A stretch of DNA of 62,232 bases, the filler included, from Rhabdomonas costata (lineage: Eukaryota), in the NCBI GenBank assembly GCA_019059605.1. It is 30 parts of 30 records of this genome, joined end to end, with 100 filler letters (N's around TTAATTAATTAA, not from the genome) between each part and the next. Parts side by side here need not be neighbours in the genome. Positions count along the whole stretch, not along the records: positions 37,403 to 39,379 come from JAHMHO010006797.1; positions 39,480 to 41,456 come from JAHMHO010006798.1; positions 41,557 to 43,534 come from JAHMHO010006799.1; positions 43,635 to 45,611 come from JAHMHO010006800.1; positions 45,712 to 47,700 come from JAHMHO010006801.1; positions 47,801 to 49,777 come from JAHMHO010006802.1; 24 more parts are not named here. The stretch is one strand, 5' to 3'. Position 1 is the stretch's first letter, and the number at the start of each line of letters is the position of its first letter. Below, one piece after another: positions 37,425 to 49,104 of this stretch. Both the position numbers and the translations under genes were made by a program. The notes under the pieces are model-generated. The model ran no database searches. It saw only the letters and a list, made by a program, of their open reading frames with translations, and had not been told where the DNA came from.

Positions 37425-39042
37425 ATCAAGGAGATCAAGCAGCAGGAGCTTCCTCCAGGCACAGAGTTCACCATCACTGCCGTGGCGCACTCCCTTGGTA
37501 CGCTACCCCGTCCCACTGCTACGCGGCTTTTGCCTCACCCCTGTTTTGTTTTACGCATTGCGCTGTACGTAGTGGGCTATTGTGAAATTCCGTCGGGAAA
37601 GTTTCGATGCATTGCTTTCGAGACTCTTGACGGTGTGCGCTGACCTGGGACTTTTCCAATTTCTTTTGCTTCCAACTTTTCGGCCTCTCTGGAGGCACCA
37701 CGGGACCACTCCAATGAGCATTTCGGCCGTTAGAGGTACAATGCGGCATCATTGCGCCCTGTGCCAAGAAGGCCCGTATGTGATTAGAGGAGGAAGAAAG
37801 TGGAATGAGCAAGGTTTGCGTCTTTGTCTTGTGCTGTTTTTCTAATCTTCTGTGGGGATGATGCGAATGCTCCGTGTTAACCCAACAGGGGCGGCAGCGG
37901 TGCTGGTTTATCTGGTGCGCTGTGGGCTGGAACGTCGCCCCCATCACCTGTGCCGTGCAGTGCTGCTCTCCCCTGCGGGCTGCCACCCCAGTGTCCCGCT
38001 CAGCCTGCTCCTGATGCACTATCCGCTGGCCTTCTGCTCCAATGTGTGTTTTGAGAGTGGGTTTGATGTTAGGAACCATCGTTTGGCGATGTGATCGCCA
38101 GTGCACATTGCACGGGTCACCATGACCCAGTTTCGTTTTCCTGATTTTTTGGGTCCTTTAAAGGTCGTTCTGTGAAGTGCTCCAGTTTACCCCACGTCTC
38201 AGAAATATATTGTTTGTGCTGTATTTTTTACTTTTGCCATCTTTTTTTGAAAAGAAAATCCGAAGGCCCATGAGAAAATTACCCCAAGAGAGGTCAGCGT
38301 AGTCCCTCCTTCTCTTCGGAGCCGGACTGCTTTATTATCTTGGGAGGTTCTATTGGGGTATTGGGGGAGAGAGGGGGCATTTAGCGTTTAAAAAGTGTAA
38401 TAGCTCCGGTAGCCTCCGTGTATCCGCTTCCGTATGTCTCGGGTAGACCATTGAGAATTGATCGTTTACTACGTTCTGCAACTCTGGTTTTCCGTCTTGG
38501 CTCTGTGCTGTTGCAGGTTTTTGGGCTCAACCACATCAAGATCACCCAGGACTGGGTAAAGGCTGTAATTGCGAAGCTGGGGCGGGACCTGCACCGCCAC
38601 CCTGCAACGCGAACCCTGATGTGCTTCCTTGCAGCGCGCTACGTTGTGGTGCGTGCTTCTGTGTGCTTGGCTGCACGCTGCAGCATGTCTAGACGATTTT
38701 AAACTCACCATCTCTCCTGAAAACTAGCCGCCCAGGCTCAAAGGTTGCGGTCCATTGTCAATTTGACGCTGGCCTCAGCCCCACCCCCTCTTGTTGTGGT
38801 TCACCAAGGATAAGGGTCTTCACCTCTTTTTTCTCCTCTGCCTCAGCGCCAGTCTCCCTTCCTGTGCCTTGTGCCTTTGTTTCCCTGTGGTGTCTCGGTT
38901 CAGGGAGGCCGGGCATCGGACCTGCCGCTACACAGCATTCACAACCTGCTGTTCAACATGCTGCATGCCGGGTTCTCGCTGAAGCTGCATCGCCACTTCT
39001 GGCAGTTCTACTGCGCGCAGAAGTTCCAGGCCTATGATTACG
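37425..39042 (+). CDS. Alpha/beta-hydrolase, acid (gastric/lysosomal-type) lipase family, 4 exons
   Basis: Exons 37425-37497, 37889-38043, 38517-38648 and 38904-39042. Nucleophile elbow VAHSL|G, AVLLSPAG, and HFWQFYCAQKFQAYDYG. All introns GT-AG and phase-compatible. Confidence 0.9.
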
Positions 39043-39905
39043 GTTGCGCGCATGTGTGTGGAGGGGGGGGGGGTGCGGCTGTGAAAAGGTCTGTAGGACC
39101 CTCCCTTCACCCACTTTTTGGTGCCGTGGTGCATCACATTTGTTTACAGTTTGTTTCACAGTTTTGAAAGTTCTGTGAGAAAGGAGGGTGTGGTGCCGTG
39201 TTGTGCAAGTGTTCTACACACAGGATAAAAAACTTCTTTACATAAAATACGCCGCAATCCCCGGAATCCTTGGTTTCTTCTCTTGCTATAGATACAACCC
39301 AGAAAAAGCTCCCATCACATGCACTGTTCATGAACCATCTGGCAGCGTTCCGCAAAAGTTTCTCACGTTACCCACAACCNNNNNNNNNNNNNNNNNNNNN
39401 NNNNNNNNNNNNNNNNNNNNNNNTTAATTAATTAANNNNNNNNNNNNNNNNNNNNNNNNNNNNNNNNNNNNNNNNNNNNGGTGTGTGTATCACTCACCAG
39501 GGCACTGGGGCTGAGCTCCCTCTCTCTTCCGAGCAAGGAACGATCTACCTTGATGATGAATGAAACTCAGGTGCAGACTGCTCAGCCATGCAAAATCCCC
39601 AAAATGGCCACCAGAGCCGCGCGCGGCGGGAGTTCGCATCCATCATGTCACGGACGCCAGATTGAAAATTGCACTGGTTAAGTCCTGCCACTGCCCTGGA
39701 AACGTGGAAACGAGGATCCTCAGGAGTGTGTGTAGGGTGCTTTGTGAATTTTCCCTTGACCATAAGCTAATTTTCTTTTGCCCGAAAGTCCTTGTTCCGT
39801 TCACTGCACGTTTCCTGCGTTCCCGCATTGTCAAGTGCTTCGCTGTGGAGTCACATGTGAGGTTTCTTCGTGCTATCGGTCTATCCAAGGAGCTTTTCTT
39901 TCAAT

Positions 39906-40317
39906 ATGGAGCAGCGGCTGCTCAGCCTGCTTTCTGACTTACGCACCGAGGTGAGCTGTTTTTGCTCAAGTCGTTGCGATGCCCCTTCGCTGTTGCATTC
40001 GCCTTTGTGAGCCGGCGGGGATTGCTGTGCTCTCCTGGCATTCTGAGCTTTGTTCATAATTGTTCCAACACCTTGGGCTGTGGTCGATGGTTTTGGGCTC
40101 AGCCTTTCAAAATATTTCATTGGTGATTCTCGCCCAAGTGTGGACAACAAAACTGAGACACCCCCGTTGGGGTTTCCTGTGTCTCCTTTCTCATTCCCGC
40201 AGGTCTTCTGGTCTCAGCTATGTGGGGATCTTGGAGTGAACCGCGAGCAAGCTCAGGAGACTCTAGAACAGTGCGCGCTTGACTCTGCACGCTTCGCAGT
40301 CACATACCTGGTTTCAG
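39906..40317 (+). CDS. DNA polymerase delta subunit 3 (POLD3/Cdc27/Pol32)-like, first 2 exons
   Basis: Exons 39906-39950 and 40203-40317: MEQRLLSLLSDLRTE|VFWSQLCGDLGVNREQAQETLEQCALDSARFAVTYLVSG, matching the N-terminal winged-helix pattern L...LGV....A...L......VTYLVSG. Confidence 0.62.
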
Positions 40318-40634
40318 GTGTGGTGCCTGGCAGTTTTTGCGAGGTGAGGGGAGAGGAGTAAGGGTGGTACTTCAAACGAGGCGTTTCCTCTAACGGTTCT
40401 GTCAAAGGATGCCCAGTTGTGTATTTCTGAAGCCAAGTGTACGAGTGTGAGCAAAACCTTCTACGTTGCGTCGAACGCTGCCGCTTTCCTTCCTTCTCCT
40501 GAATGGGTTGCCTTCCGTTGTGGTGTTGCCTCGACCTCTATTTCTCCTTTCCTAAGGTTCGAAAAATAGGTCCGCAGGGCTTAGTTTGGCCCTGACCACA
40601 GCGAAGGAGAAGGCACAAGGTCTTTCTTTGCCTT

Positions 40635-40675
40635 ATTTCTGATTTCTGAGTGATTTCTGATTTCTGATTTCTGAG
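40635..40675. repeat. (ATTTCTG)n short tandem repeat
   Basis: Five copies of ATTTCTG with one 4-nt interruption. Confidence 0.85.
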
Positions 40676-41556
40676 CGGAACTCGAAGTAGCTTGCAGGCG
40701 AACGTGGACTAATCGATCTATGCAGTGTTCACTGCTCCGCAAAACAGAATTTGGAGGAATGACCCGAGCGGAAATAGGTTGGTTCACGTTTTTTTTTCGC
40801 TGCAAAAGCTGCTTCTTTTGGGTGCGAACACTGGCACTTGCTCAAGAAAATGCACACGTTCACACCCACTTCCCAGGACCACAACAGTCTCACACCGCAG
40901 AAAGTTCTTTTGCACCGCGGCATGCCCTTTGGTGAAGACTTGCTCACAGCGCAACTACGTAAATTGGACTATTATGATTTGTGGGCCCGATGTCAATCCT
41001 CACAGAAGTGGCCAATCGGCTTGGCCATGCGCATATTGAAGTGTACAAGGTGGCCCCGGCACCCGCAGGGGACTCAACAGAGGCCCAGTCGAGCTCAGCT
41101 GAAAGGTTGCCAAGAGGGTGGATGGGAGATTAATGGGAGATCCTCCCTCTGTGCTGCGTACATCACACGGTCGCTTTGTCTCCTTGCCTGAAGCACGGTT
41201 TTAGTTTCGCTTAGCAGAAGAGGGCCCCGAAACTCTGAATTGTCTCAGATTGTGTTGGCGCTCAGTAATTTTTTCCGTCCAAAACGCGAATATTCATCTC
41301 TGCCGACTGACTCATTCCCCTTTGAGTGGCGGGTTTTTCCAGGCAACCCATTCAGGATGCCCTTCCCTTCATCACCTTCATCATCAGGGGCATACAATGT
41401 GGCCGCCTGCCCACTCACCCACCCACCCACACCTCTCTCCACCCTCACCACAAACCNNNNNNNNNNNNNNNNNNNNNNNNNNNNNNNNNNNNNNNNNNNN
41501 TTAATTAATTAANNNNNNNNNNNNNNNNNNNNNNNNNNNNNNNNNNNNNNNNNNNN

Positions 41557-43058
41557 TGTTTTTTTGGACTGTCGCCTGGGAACGATGGGTTCGGAGTTCG
41601 AAATTCTCACGGTGTTGCGCCGCGCGGTTTTCTTTCCGACCCTCCCGGTCATCCTGCTGGGAGTCAATCTTCTGTCTGCTTCCATTCGGGCCGTATTGCT
41701 TGCCTGGCTGAATGACCACAGGGACGAGGCTGAGCTCGGGCCCATCGCTCTTATTTTCACCTCGAGCAACGGCGCCGATGCTTTCAGTGGCTTCAGTCCG
41801 ATGAAGTTAGAGTCGGGCATTGCCGATCAGCCGCAGTGCAGTACCTCCGCTCGTCTTGCAGTGAGGGACCGGCTGAAGACTCGCAGGGTGATGCACCTCG
41901 AGTCCGTCCGAGGAGAGGCTCGTGCCGGGAAGTCCACCTACATCCGCCGAATGATCAGTGAACATCTTGCAGGGAGCCAAGGTGCTGCCCGAGGTGGGCC
42001 GGACTATACCATTGCCATCAACGAGGACTTCAGCCCACGATCCGTCATGGGCTTGCTTGAGTCCTCAGGCAGACACCAGGAGATCGTGATTCACTTCAAC
42101 GTTTCTGCATATTGCAACTTTGTCTCCGCGAATGCCTTTCTGGAAGGCTTCCTGCTGTTCGGCCTCATGGTTGATCATGACAGTGGTTCCTTGGCCTTGC
42201 TGCCAGAAGTGCCTCTGCGGGCCTATGTGGAGGTGGCGCTCGCTCCCACCACGGAGACGGAAGGCAGGGAGCGGTATGCCAGCTTAGACTTCATAATGCG
42301 GTCTCTGCCTGCAGTACGCCTGTGTGCGCAGCTGGTGGACTCTCCTGTGGTCCCGCTGGTTTCCTCAGACAGTCCGGCTGAGCAGCGGGATCTGGGGCTG
42401 TTCTACCGGTGGACCCGGGAGTGGCGGGCCAACGCACTTTTTTCGGGGCTTCGCACGCTGCTTGATGCGGACCCCCTGAGTCCTGCAGAAATTGAGCAGG
42501 AAAGGCGAGAGCTGTTTGCGACGACCTTTCCCGCCTTCGGGTGGCGGAAACCCGAGCTGCCCGCGGACCGCCGAAGCTTTGAGCTTCTTGTCGTGGACCG
42601 CTTTCAGTTCTTACTCTCATACTACCGCTATGGTCGTGAACACGACGTTGAAGCAACCTTGCTTCGCCCAGAAGTTCTTCTGGAAAGGTATATTGGTGAG
42701 GCGGCGAGGCTCTGTGAGAGCCCTCTTGAATCTCGGATCTCCACCCGAGAGCTCAAGCTCTCTGTGCGGGGGCTTCCACCAAAAAACCCCCCTGTCCTTA
42801 GCTTCCTGGACTTCTCGTTAGCTCCTCGGCCAGCCGCACATCTCCAGCTATCCGTGCTTTCCTACCAGAGCGCATGCCAGAGCCCAGCTGAGCTGCGTGC
42901 CAATCTGGGATACTTGCTGGGAATCTCGAACACCGATCTGGTGCTCTACTTGCTCCAAGAGGCGCAGTACATCCTCACCCCGGACGCCCTGGTGAAGAAT
43001 GTGCTTCTGCGAGAGAAGCAGAAGTCCGGGCAAGATGCGGTTCTGGTTGGGGACACAG
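41557..43058 (+). CDS. RNF213/mysterin-like AAA+ protein, large internal exon
   Basis: Walker A GEARAGKSTYI, then IAINEDF..., IHFNVS..., and YILTPDALVKNVLL....SGQDAVLVGDTG, which parallels RNF213 YxLTxDNxxK...IPVIIMGETGCGK. Donor G|GTGTGT splits the next Walker A motif. Confidence 0.82.
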
Positions 43059-43279
43059 GTGTGTTTTCGCGCGAGGGGCAGGTAGCGGGACCTTCTAAAA
43101 AACCTTTACGTTTGTCGTTGCTGCTCTTTGTTGCAAACGCCATCGCTGCTTTTCTTATATAGCAACTTAAAATTACACTGTGACTGATAACTTGCATTGC
43201 TGCCTTGTACTATACAAAAAAACAAACGAAGCTGGTTTTTCATTAGAATGAGAGGTCACCGACCGATGAATCTCCAGTT

Positions 43280-43500
43280 CCACCCCTTTTTAAATCGAGT
43301 TTTGTCATATAAAATGGTCGAAACCAGCAAATACACCGCTGGGACACGCGGTTTTCGTATTTTCCGATCCAACATTGACCACAAGGGGGCAGGGGGGTCG
43401 AGTTTCTAGTAGAAAATCACTTAAAATTGCCCCAAAACGGGCGAAATGGGCATAAATAGGGCAAAATGGGTCAGAAATGGGCCAGACCAGAAATACCTTT
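43280..43500. repeat. Second copy of the dispersed repeat seen at 30802-31073
   Basis: Shares CAACATTGACCAC, an inverted TGACAAAxCTCGATTT, and downstream CCCAAAAxGG...GGGCAAA tracts. It lies in the intron after the RNF213-like exon. Confidence 0.5.
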
Positions 43501-44244
43501 GCCAGCATGTATTGCTGAAGTCGCCACCACAACANNNNNNNNNNNNNNNNNNNNNNNNNNNNNNNNNNNNNNNNNNNNTTAATTAATTAANNNNNNNNNN
43601 NNNNNNNNNNNNNNNNNNNNNNNNNNNNNNNNNNGGGAGAAAGGTGGAGGCGTTGTGCGAGAGAGAGAGAGAGAGAGAGCGGGGGTGGCAGGCAGTGCTG
43701 TAGAGGTGTAGTGAAGGAGTTTGTTTGTTCTTTGAGGACAGTGAGTGCACCGTGAGTACACGGCTGGGGACGCTCTTGTGCTACACAGCTGCAAAGTTGG
43801 CACTCGCGCGTAAAGCGACCGAAAGCACTGCATAGCTTGGATAGTTTTTTTTTGGGGGGGGGGGCAGGAGACAGAAAACAGGCAACGGTGAAAAGATAGC
43901 GTGTGTGTGTGTGTGAAGGGTACAAGTGAGGAACAGTTTCGTAATTTTGGGAGACAGGGCCAGCCCAATATTGCATTGAAAAAAGTGCAAATGATTTCCA
44001 AAATGCGTGAGAGTGCCACACAGACAAATTTCGCTGTCAATTTACATGCATCTTATAATTTTTCCACAAGGGCGAAGGCATGCAAATACAGGACCTCACC
44101 ATTAATCCAACAATCCCGGACCACGTGCTTCCGCATTGAACGCATTTTGAAAGGGAAACTGGTGAACTTGGCATTTTTTAGGTGAAAACGCACAAAAACA
44201 CAAAACACAAACACAAGGCAAAAAAAAAAAACCAGCGCAAATAC

Positions 44245-44414
44245 CTTCCCAGGCCAAGAGCCGATTTATGCGGATTGAAGTGAAACGCCGACCAGGGGGT
44301 CAATTCATAACACAGAGAATCTAGTTTCGATCCTGTGAAAACTTTTGACTGCAACAAGTTGTTCAGGGCGTGACACCCACACTGCTGCAGTCTCTGCCTT
44401 TCGTGGTAAACCAT
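44245..44414 (-). CDS. Josephin-domain deubiquitinase (JOSD-like), first exon
   Basis: MVYHERQRLQQCGCHALNNLLQSKVFT...NPHKSALGLG carries the YHE.Q...C..HALNNL catalytic Cys motif. Donor AG|GTATTT. Confidence 0.93.
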
Positions 44415-44899
44415 AAAAAAAAAGGAGGGAAAAGCACGCTCTCAACCCCAGGTTTCCAACAGAATAAGGCTGAAGAAGCCAGAGAAACAACGCAAGTGAC
44501 AAAGAGTGGACGTAGTTAGCTCGATTACAGTTAGGTGCAACGTTCACATTGGGATGCGACTGGCAAGCTCGGAAACCCCGTCTCGTCCTTCGCAGCAACC
44601 CACGAGAAATTTTCATCGTTTGAGTTGCACAGTGCCAGAACAACAACATTGCAAGTAGCAAAATCCAGCTCAGCAACAGACGTCGCTGCGCGCTTTTACG
44701 ATGGAGTGAACCTGAAGATGAGTTCATGCAAGCCCCACCGGTGACGGTTACCCGGCGACGTACGTGCTCCGACCCAAAAATTTGATGCAAAAAAAAATGC
44801 GAAAAAAAACTGCAAATGTAAACCGGGTAACACGATCTTGAGGGCGAAGCTGAAGCAGGCCCGTGGTCTGTGTGTTGGTATGGAAATAAAAACTGCAAA

Positions 44900-45611
44900 A
44901 AAATATATGCACTTTCAGCCAAAATTTCGCCTCGGGTCGATTCTGTCGCTTTGGTCTGCAGCTCGAGAGCTCTGCAATCAAATCCAGTCTCAATGGAATG
45001 CTCAACTCTCTCTTCCGAAATCGTACCGAGTCATCAAAGACCAGCTCCTCTCGCAGAAGTTAGATGCACTCCAAGTTGCGAAAAGGATCCTGGAGTCAGT
45101 GCCACTTCGAGACAAAGTGCGTATCACAATCCAAGCTCAGCAGCACACCAGTGCCTGGCTGGACGCTCCACCCTTTTCGAACCTTGGCTTTCACTTTGGT
45201 AACCCATTTTCAACTGGGGTCTTCCTCTTCTACCAGCAGCAGCGGGAACCCTGTGACCAGTGTGAGAAGCCTTAGGACGCATTGGGTGAACATCTTGTCT
45301 CTGTTTTTATTTCCGCTCACAACAGCACCTTCGCCGATAAGAACGCCCAAGGGATGGGCACAGGAAGGGACACATGACGAGGGGAGCTTTGCACAGAGGA
45401 GCCTGATGCAGGCTGGGCAGCGTCAGCGGCCTCACCGAGGTCCCAGGCTATCTGGGGCTTCACTGTGGACGTCCATCATCTGCGATTTCAGGTCAAGCCC
45501 CACCTTGCTCGTTTCATTCCAGGTACTTTAACCAAGCTCGCAGCGATTAAGGGCCGAGTGCGACGACGTGCAGAGCAAAAGCGGAACCATTAGAGGCATC
45601 ACCCAACACCC
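44900..45611 (+). mobile_element. Decayed CRE/SLACS-like non-LTR retrotransposon fragment (zinc-knuckle/RLE-proximal region)
   Basis: DKVRI...QQHTSAWLDAPPFSNLG...PCDQCEKP*DALGEHLV matches the CRE-type AWLxAxP..LG and CxxC...DxxGxH motifs, with an in-frame TAG at 45273-45275. Confidence 0.72.
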
Positions 45612-46513
45612 NNNNNNNNNNNNNNNNNNNNNNNNNNNNNNNNNNNNNNNNNNNNTTAATTAATTAANNNNNNNNNNNNNNNNNNNNNNNNNNNNNNNNN
45701 NNNNNNNNNNNGGGTGGTGTGGTTTGGGTTTGGTATTGTTTGTTGGGCGTATTGCGCGCTGGCTGTTGCTTGGTTGCCTGGTTGGCTGGTTGCTCGGTTG
45801 TTGGCGATCACCGTGGACTGACGGGCGCACGCGTTGTTGGCCACGGGTGCTCGCGGGAGGTGCCGAGGGGAACCGCAACCGGCTCACCGCCGAACGTTCC
45901 ACATATGGTAACCTCCATCCCTTCAGCCCCATGGGTCCCTCTTTTCCAGCGGCTAGCTGCATTGCTCCATTGCTGCTCAGGTCTCTGAGACTCTGCACTC
46001 CTTCCTTGGGGGACTGGGGCCCTTTCTCGCGTTTGGGTTTGGCATTGCGTATGTGCGTGTCCATTAAGGCACGCGTTGCGAGATGAATTTATATAGTACG
46101 TTACACCGTAAACTCAGAACAGCCACTTCCACTTTATAATGACATAACAACGACAATCAAAAACTCCCTTTTGCTTTTGCGTAGCCCCATGCACGGCACA
46201 TGTAGCCTTTTGAACAGCTTTTTGACTGCACGTTCCAAAAATCACCAGGCCAAAAGTAACCAGGCTTCTCTTTGAATAAAAGTTGACAAAGGGCAGGTAC
46301 CACCACCTGACCATACAATCGCAAAACAAATACGTCACATACGTTCTTCTGAGTTTTGGGGTGTAGCTATCCTTATCTAAAAAGGGACGCGGGGGGTGGT
46401 GGTGTGAGAGGGTCTAAAAGGGCCATTCAAAGGGTATCTCAAATTTCAAAGGGACCGGCTAGGTGGGGCAAAAAATTCTCAAAAGAATCCCAAGTGACCC
46501 TTACAAAAGGCCT

Positions 46514-47133
46514 CTAGGGTGGGGCATTCCTGAAATTGGGGTAGAAGTTCAGGAACAGCGCGTGGAAAAGGAAGTGGGGCAGCAGTGAGGCGGTGACGGA
46601 GAGCAGCAGGGAGAGCCAGAACACAGCCAGGGGCAGCACGTTCTCCAGGGTGTAGGTCCACGACACCTTGGGGTCCAGGTCGATCAGCCAGGTGCAGAAG
46701 AAGGGGAGGGTGACGCTCAAGAAGATCGTCAGCAGTAGGAACCAGGTCACGAAGCGGCTGTCCAGCAGGAGGTGCAGGTTAGCCACCATCACGCAGGCCT
46801 CCAGCTGCAGGAAGCCCACCTCGTACAAGCTGGCGTTCGGCCAGGCCCAGTAGGAGACGTAGTACAGCACAAACCCCTGAGACACCCACACATCAAACCA
46901 CATTGTGACATGTGATCGCAGAATCCAAAAGTAACCGCAGGACGAGGGAGGGGACCTTCGCTGCCAAGGAGAAAACGACAAAAGTCGCAACATTCACTTA
47001 AGGCCTTAAGGGTGCCCACTTCAATCTTCAATCAGAATCGTGCAGACAATCGGCAAAAAACCAATACCTCTCTACCGTTATCTTTGACAGACATGTCTTG
47101 GGAGTGTCCTCCCGGTCCCATTAAGGGTTGAAA

Positions 47134-47168
<35 letters not shown>

Positions 47169-47512
47169 AAACTCGAAAACAACCACCATGCTAGAAACAT
47201 TGACAGCATATCTTTCTTTTCTTTCACCATACATCGTTGGAAGGGGTAGGTCGTGGGGCAGAAGCTCAGCGGACGACTTCCCTATTCTGCCTTAACCGCA
47301 CAACAATACTCCCGTTGGGCGAAAAAGGCACCTGCCACAGGATCTCCACGATGTACAAGAAGAACTTCCAAAGAGTGAACAGGCGGTCGCTGCGGCCGTA
47401 GGCGTACAGCCTGGGGAAGGTCATCAGCATCTCTCGACTGACGTCCTGCTCGAAGATCCCCACGATCAGGCAAGGCACCACCGTGTAGATCACACTGTAG
47501 AACACCAGGTTC
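46514..47512 (-). CDS. P4-type ATPase (phospholipid flippase), C-terminal TM region, 2 exons
   Basis: Exons 47512-47332 (FYSVIYTVVPCLIVGIFEQDVSREMLMTFPRLY) and 46876-about 46514 (TM7-10, FWLSLLL...LLP...FYP). GIFEQDV...PxLY is a P4-ATPase hallmark. The 3' end is uncertain. Confidence 0.9.
47137..47166. repeat. (GT)15 microsatellite in an intron
   Basis: Directly visible. Confidence 0.95.
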
Positions 47513-47921
47513 CTGAGCGCCCATCCACAGAAAAAGAGAAAACACAAAGAACATCAAGGAAGATGATCATATAATTCATCTTAGCGCCAAGTGCCACACA
47601 CACGAACGGGGATAGAAACTGAGAGAACTCTCTCCTTCTACTTCTTCTTTCGATCAACACCGCCGGGCTTCAAACGCCGGCGTCAGGGCAACACCAACCC
47701 NNNNNNNNNNNNNNNNNNNNNNNNNNNNNNNNNNNNNNNNNNNNTTAATTAATTAANNNNNNNNNNNNNNNNNNNNNNNNNNNNNNNNNNNNNNNNNNNN
47801 CTCGGCATTCGCTTCCACAGGCAACGAACCGGGAGGACACCGAGCAGAGCAGGCGCAGCCGCAGCAACCACAGCGGCGGGCTGTCCCTCGGCAGCCACCA
47901 CCAACCATTCTCGGGGCGCCT

Positions 47922-48087
47922 TCAGGCCCCCAACTTCAGGAGCTGAACGAGAAAAACAGCCACAACGAATCCAGCCAGCACCCATCCACGACGCCATCCA
48001 CAACCATGGGGTGGGTCACGGTACTCGTGCTCGTGCCGGTGCGCTTCGTCGTGCTCCTCCAGGGCGTCAAGCCCCATGCGTTCGCAC
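47922..48087 (-). CDS. Possible terminal exon with a C-terminal transmembrane helix
   Basis: After AACAG: CERMGLDALEEHDEAHRHEHEYRD...WVLAGFVVAVFLVQLLKLGA*. The upstream frame is ambiguous. Confidence 0.4.
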
Positions 48088-48968
48088 CTGTTCAGACATA
48101 GGTGTGTATCTGCTGTACCCGCCCTCCCCGTGCTGCGCGACAGGGTGGTAACGGTGAGGGGTGGGTCCATGAGCATCACCATCGCCACCACGAACGGCAT
48201 CAGGAAGAAACACAAGGAAAACGCAAAGAATTACATGCATTCGGAACGCCCATGCCAACCTGCAATGAGGTAAGTGAAGAATTCCACCTAGTGATGAAAA
48301 AGGGAAAGGGGAACTCTCCCACATCAACAACTATGAATAAGCTCTTGGTCCAAGATTCGCGAAACAGGCAAGTCTCAGAGAAGAGAAAACACAAAAGCCT
48401 GCCTGGGGGCAGGGCCAATCTTTCAATGCATGAGCAAGCGAGTGAGTGTGGTGCATTTTTGACGGAATTTCTGTGAGGCAGTTGAGCTGGTCGGGCTCAC
48501 CTCCTCGCAATACCAAGAACTTCTCCCTCGCCCATTGACCTGGGGCGACAAAAACATTTCCTGGGGAAGGCACAACGCTAACTGGGTAAGGGACAAAGCT
48601 AACTAAAGGTGTAGATCGAAAAATGAGATTATAAGGGGATGAAAAAAGTGTCTTTCCTTCTTTGATTTACGGCGCAATCGCGTTACCGGGGTATACGATC
48701 CAATGAAGTGGCTCCGAGCCAAGCTCAGTCGCGTTTATAGCACACACGGGAAAATGGGTCAGCAGTCTCCCAGCTACGAATATTTCTTGAGCAAACCGCC
48801 TTGCAGTCCCCCATTATTCTTTACATAGAGTGACTGTAGTGGCTGTTTTGCTTATTTATTGCCTTCCCTTCGTCCATACTGAAGAGTGCTGTGAATCAAG
48901 CTTGTCTGCACACGAGAAAAGATGAGAACTTGACCTATTAAGAGGAGATCGGCCTTAAACACACATAC

Positions 48969-49104
48969 CAAAGCCACTTCACATCCTCCACAGTATCACC
49001 TCGTCCGACGCCGACGAGCACACAGATTCCCTTCTCAATGCGCGACACCAACGCCTTAGTTGCAGTGAGGGAAACCGAAGCTGAGGAAACCCTCTGCAAC
49101 ACCG
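48969..49104 (-). CDS. DTD1: D-aminoacyl-tRNA deacylase (DTD) exon
   Basis: Not in the ORF track. After a TTTCAG acceptor: AVLQRVSSASVSLTATKALVSRIEKGICVLVGVGRGDTVEDVKWL, the DTD N-terminal QRV..ASV...I..GICVLVG....DT pattern. Donor GTATGT. Confidence 0.88.

Noticed and set aside
40642-40652. TTTCTGAGTG resembling the euglenid spliced leader
   Set aside because: Only 10 nt match, inside an ATTTCTG tandem repeat, with no following SL exon sequence or donor.
43781-43860. NYPSYAVLSVAL as Josephin exon 2
   Set aside because: It does not fit the conserved NYDVNV motif or spacing, and the codons are not coding-like.
36730-45275. In-frame TGA/TAG as a sign of stop-codon reassignment
   Set aside because: These stops occur only in frameshifted retroelement fossils. 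Conserved genes show no internal stops and use TAA and TGA as terminators.
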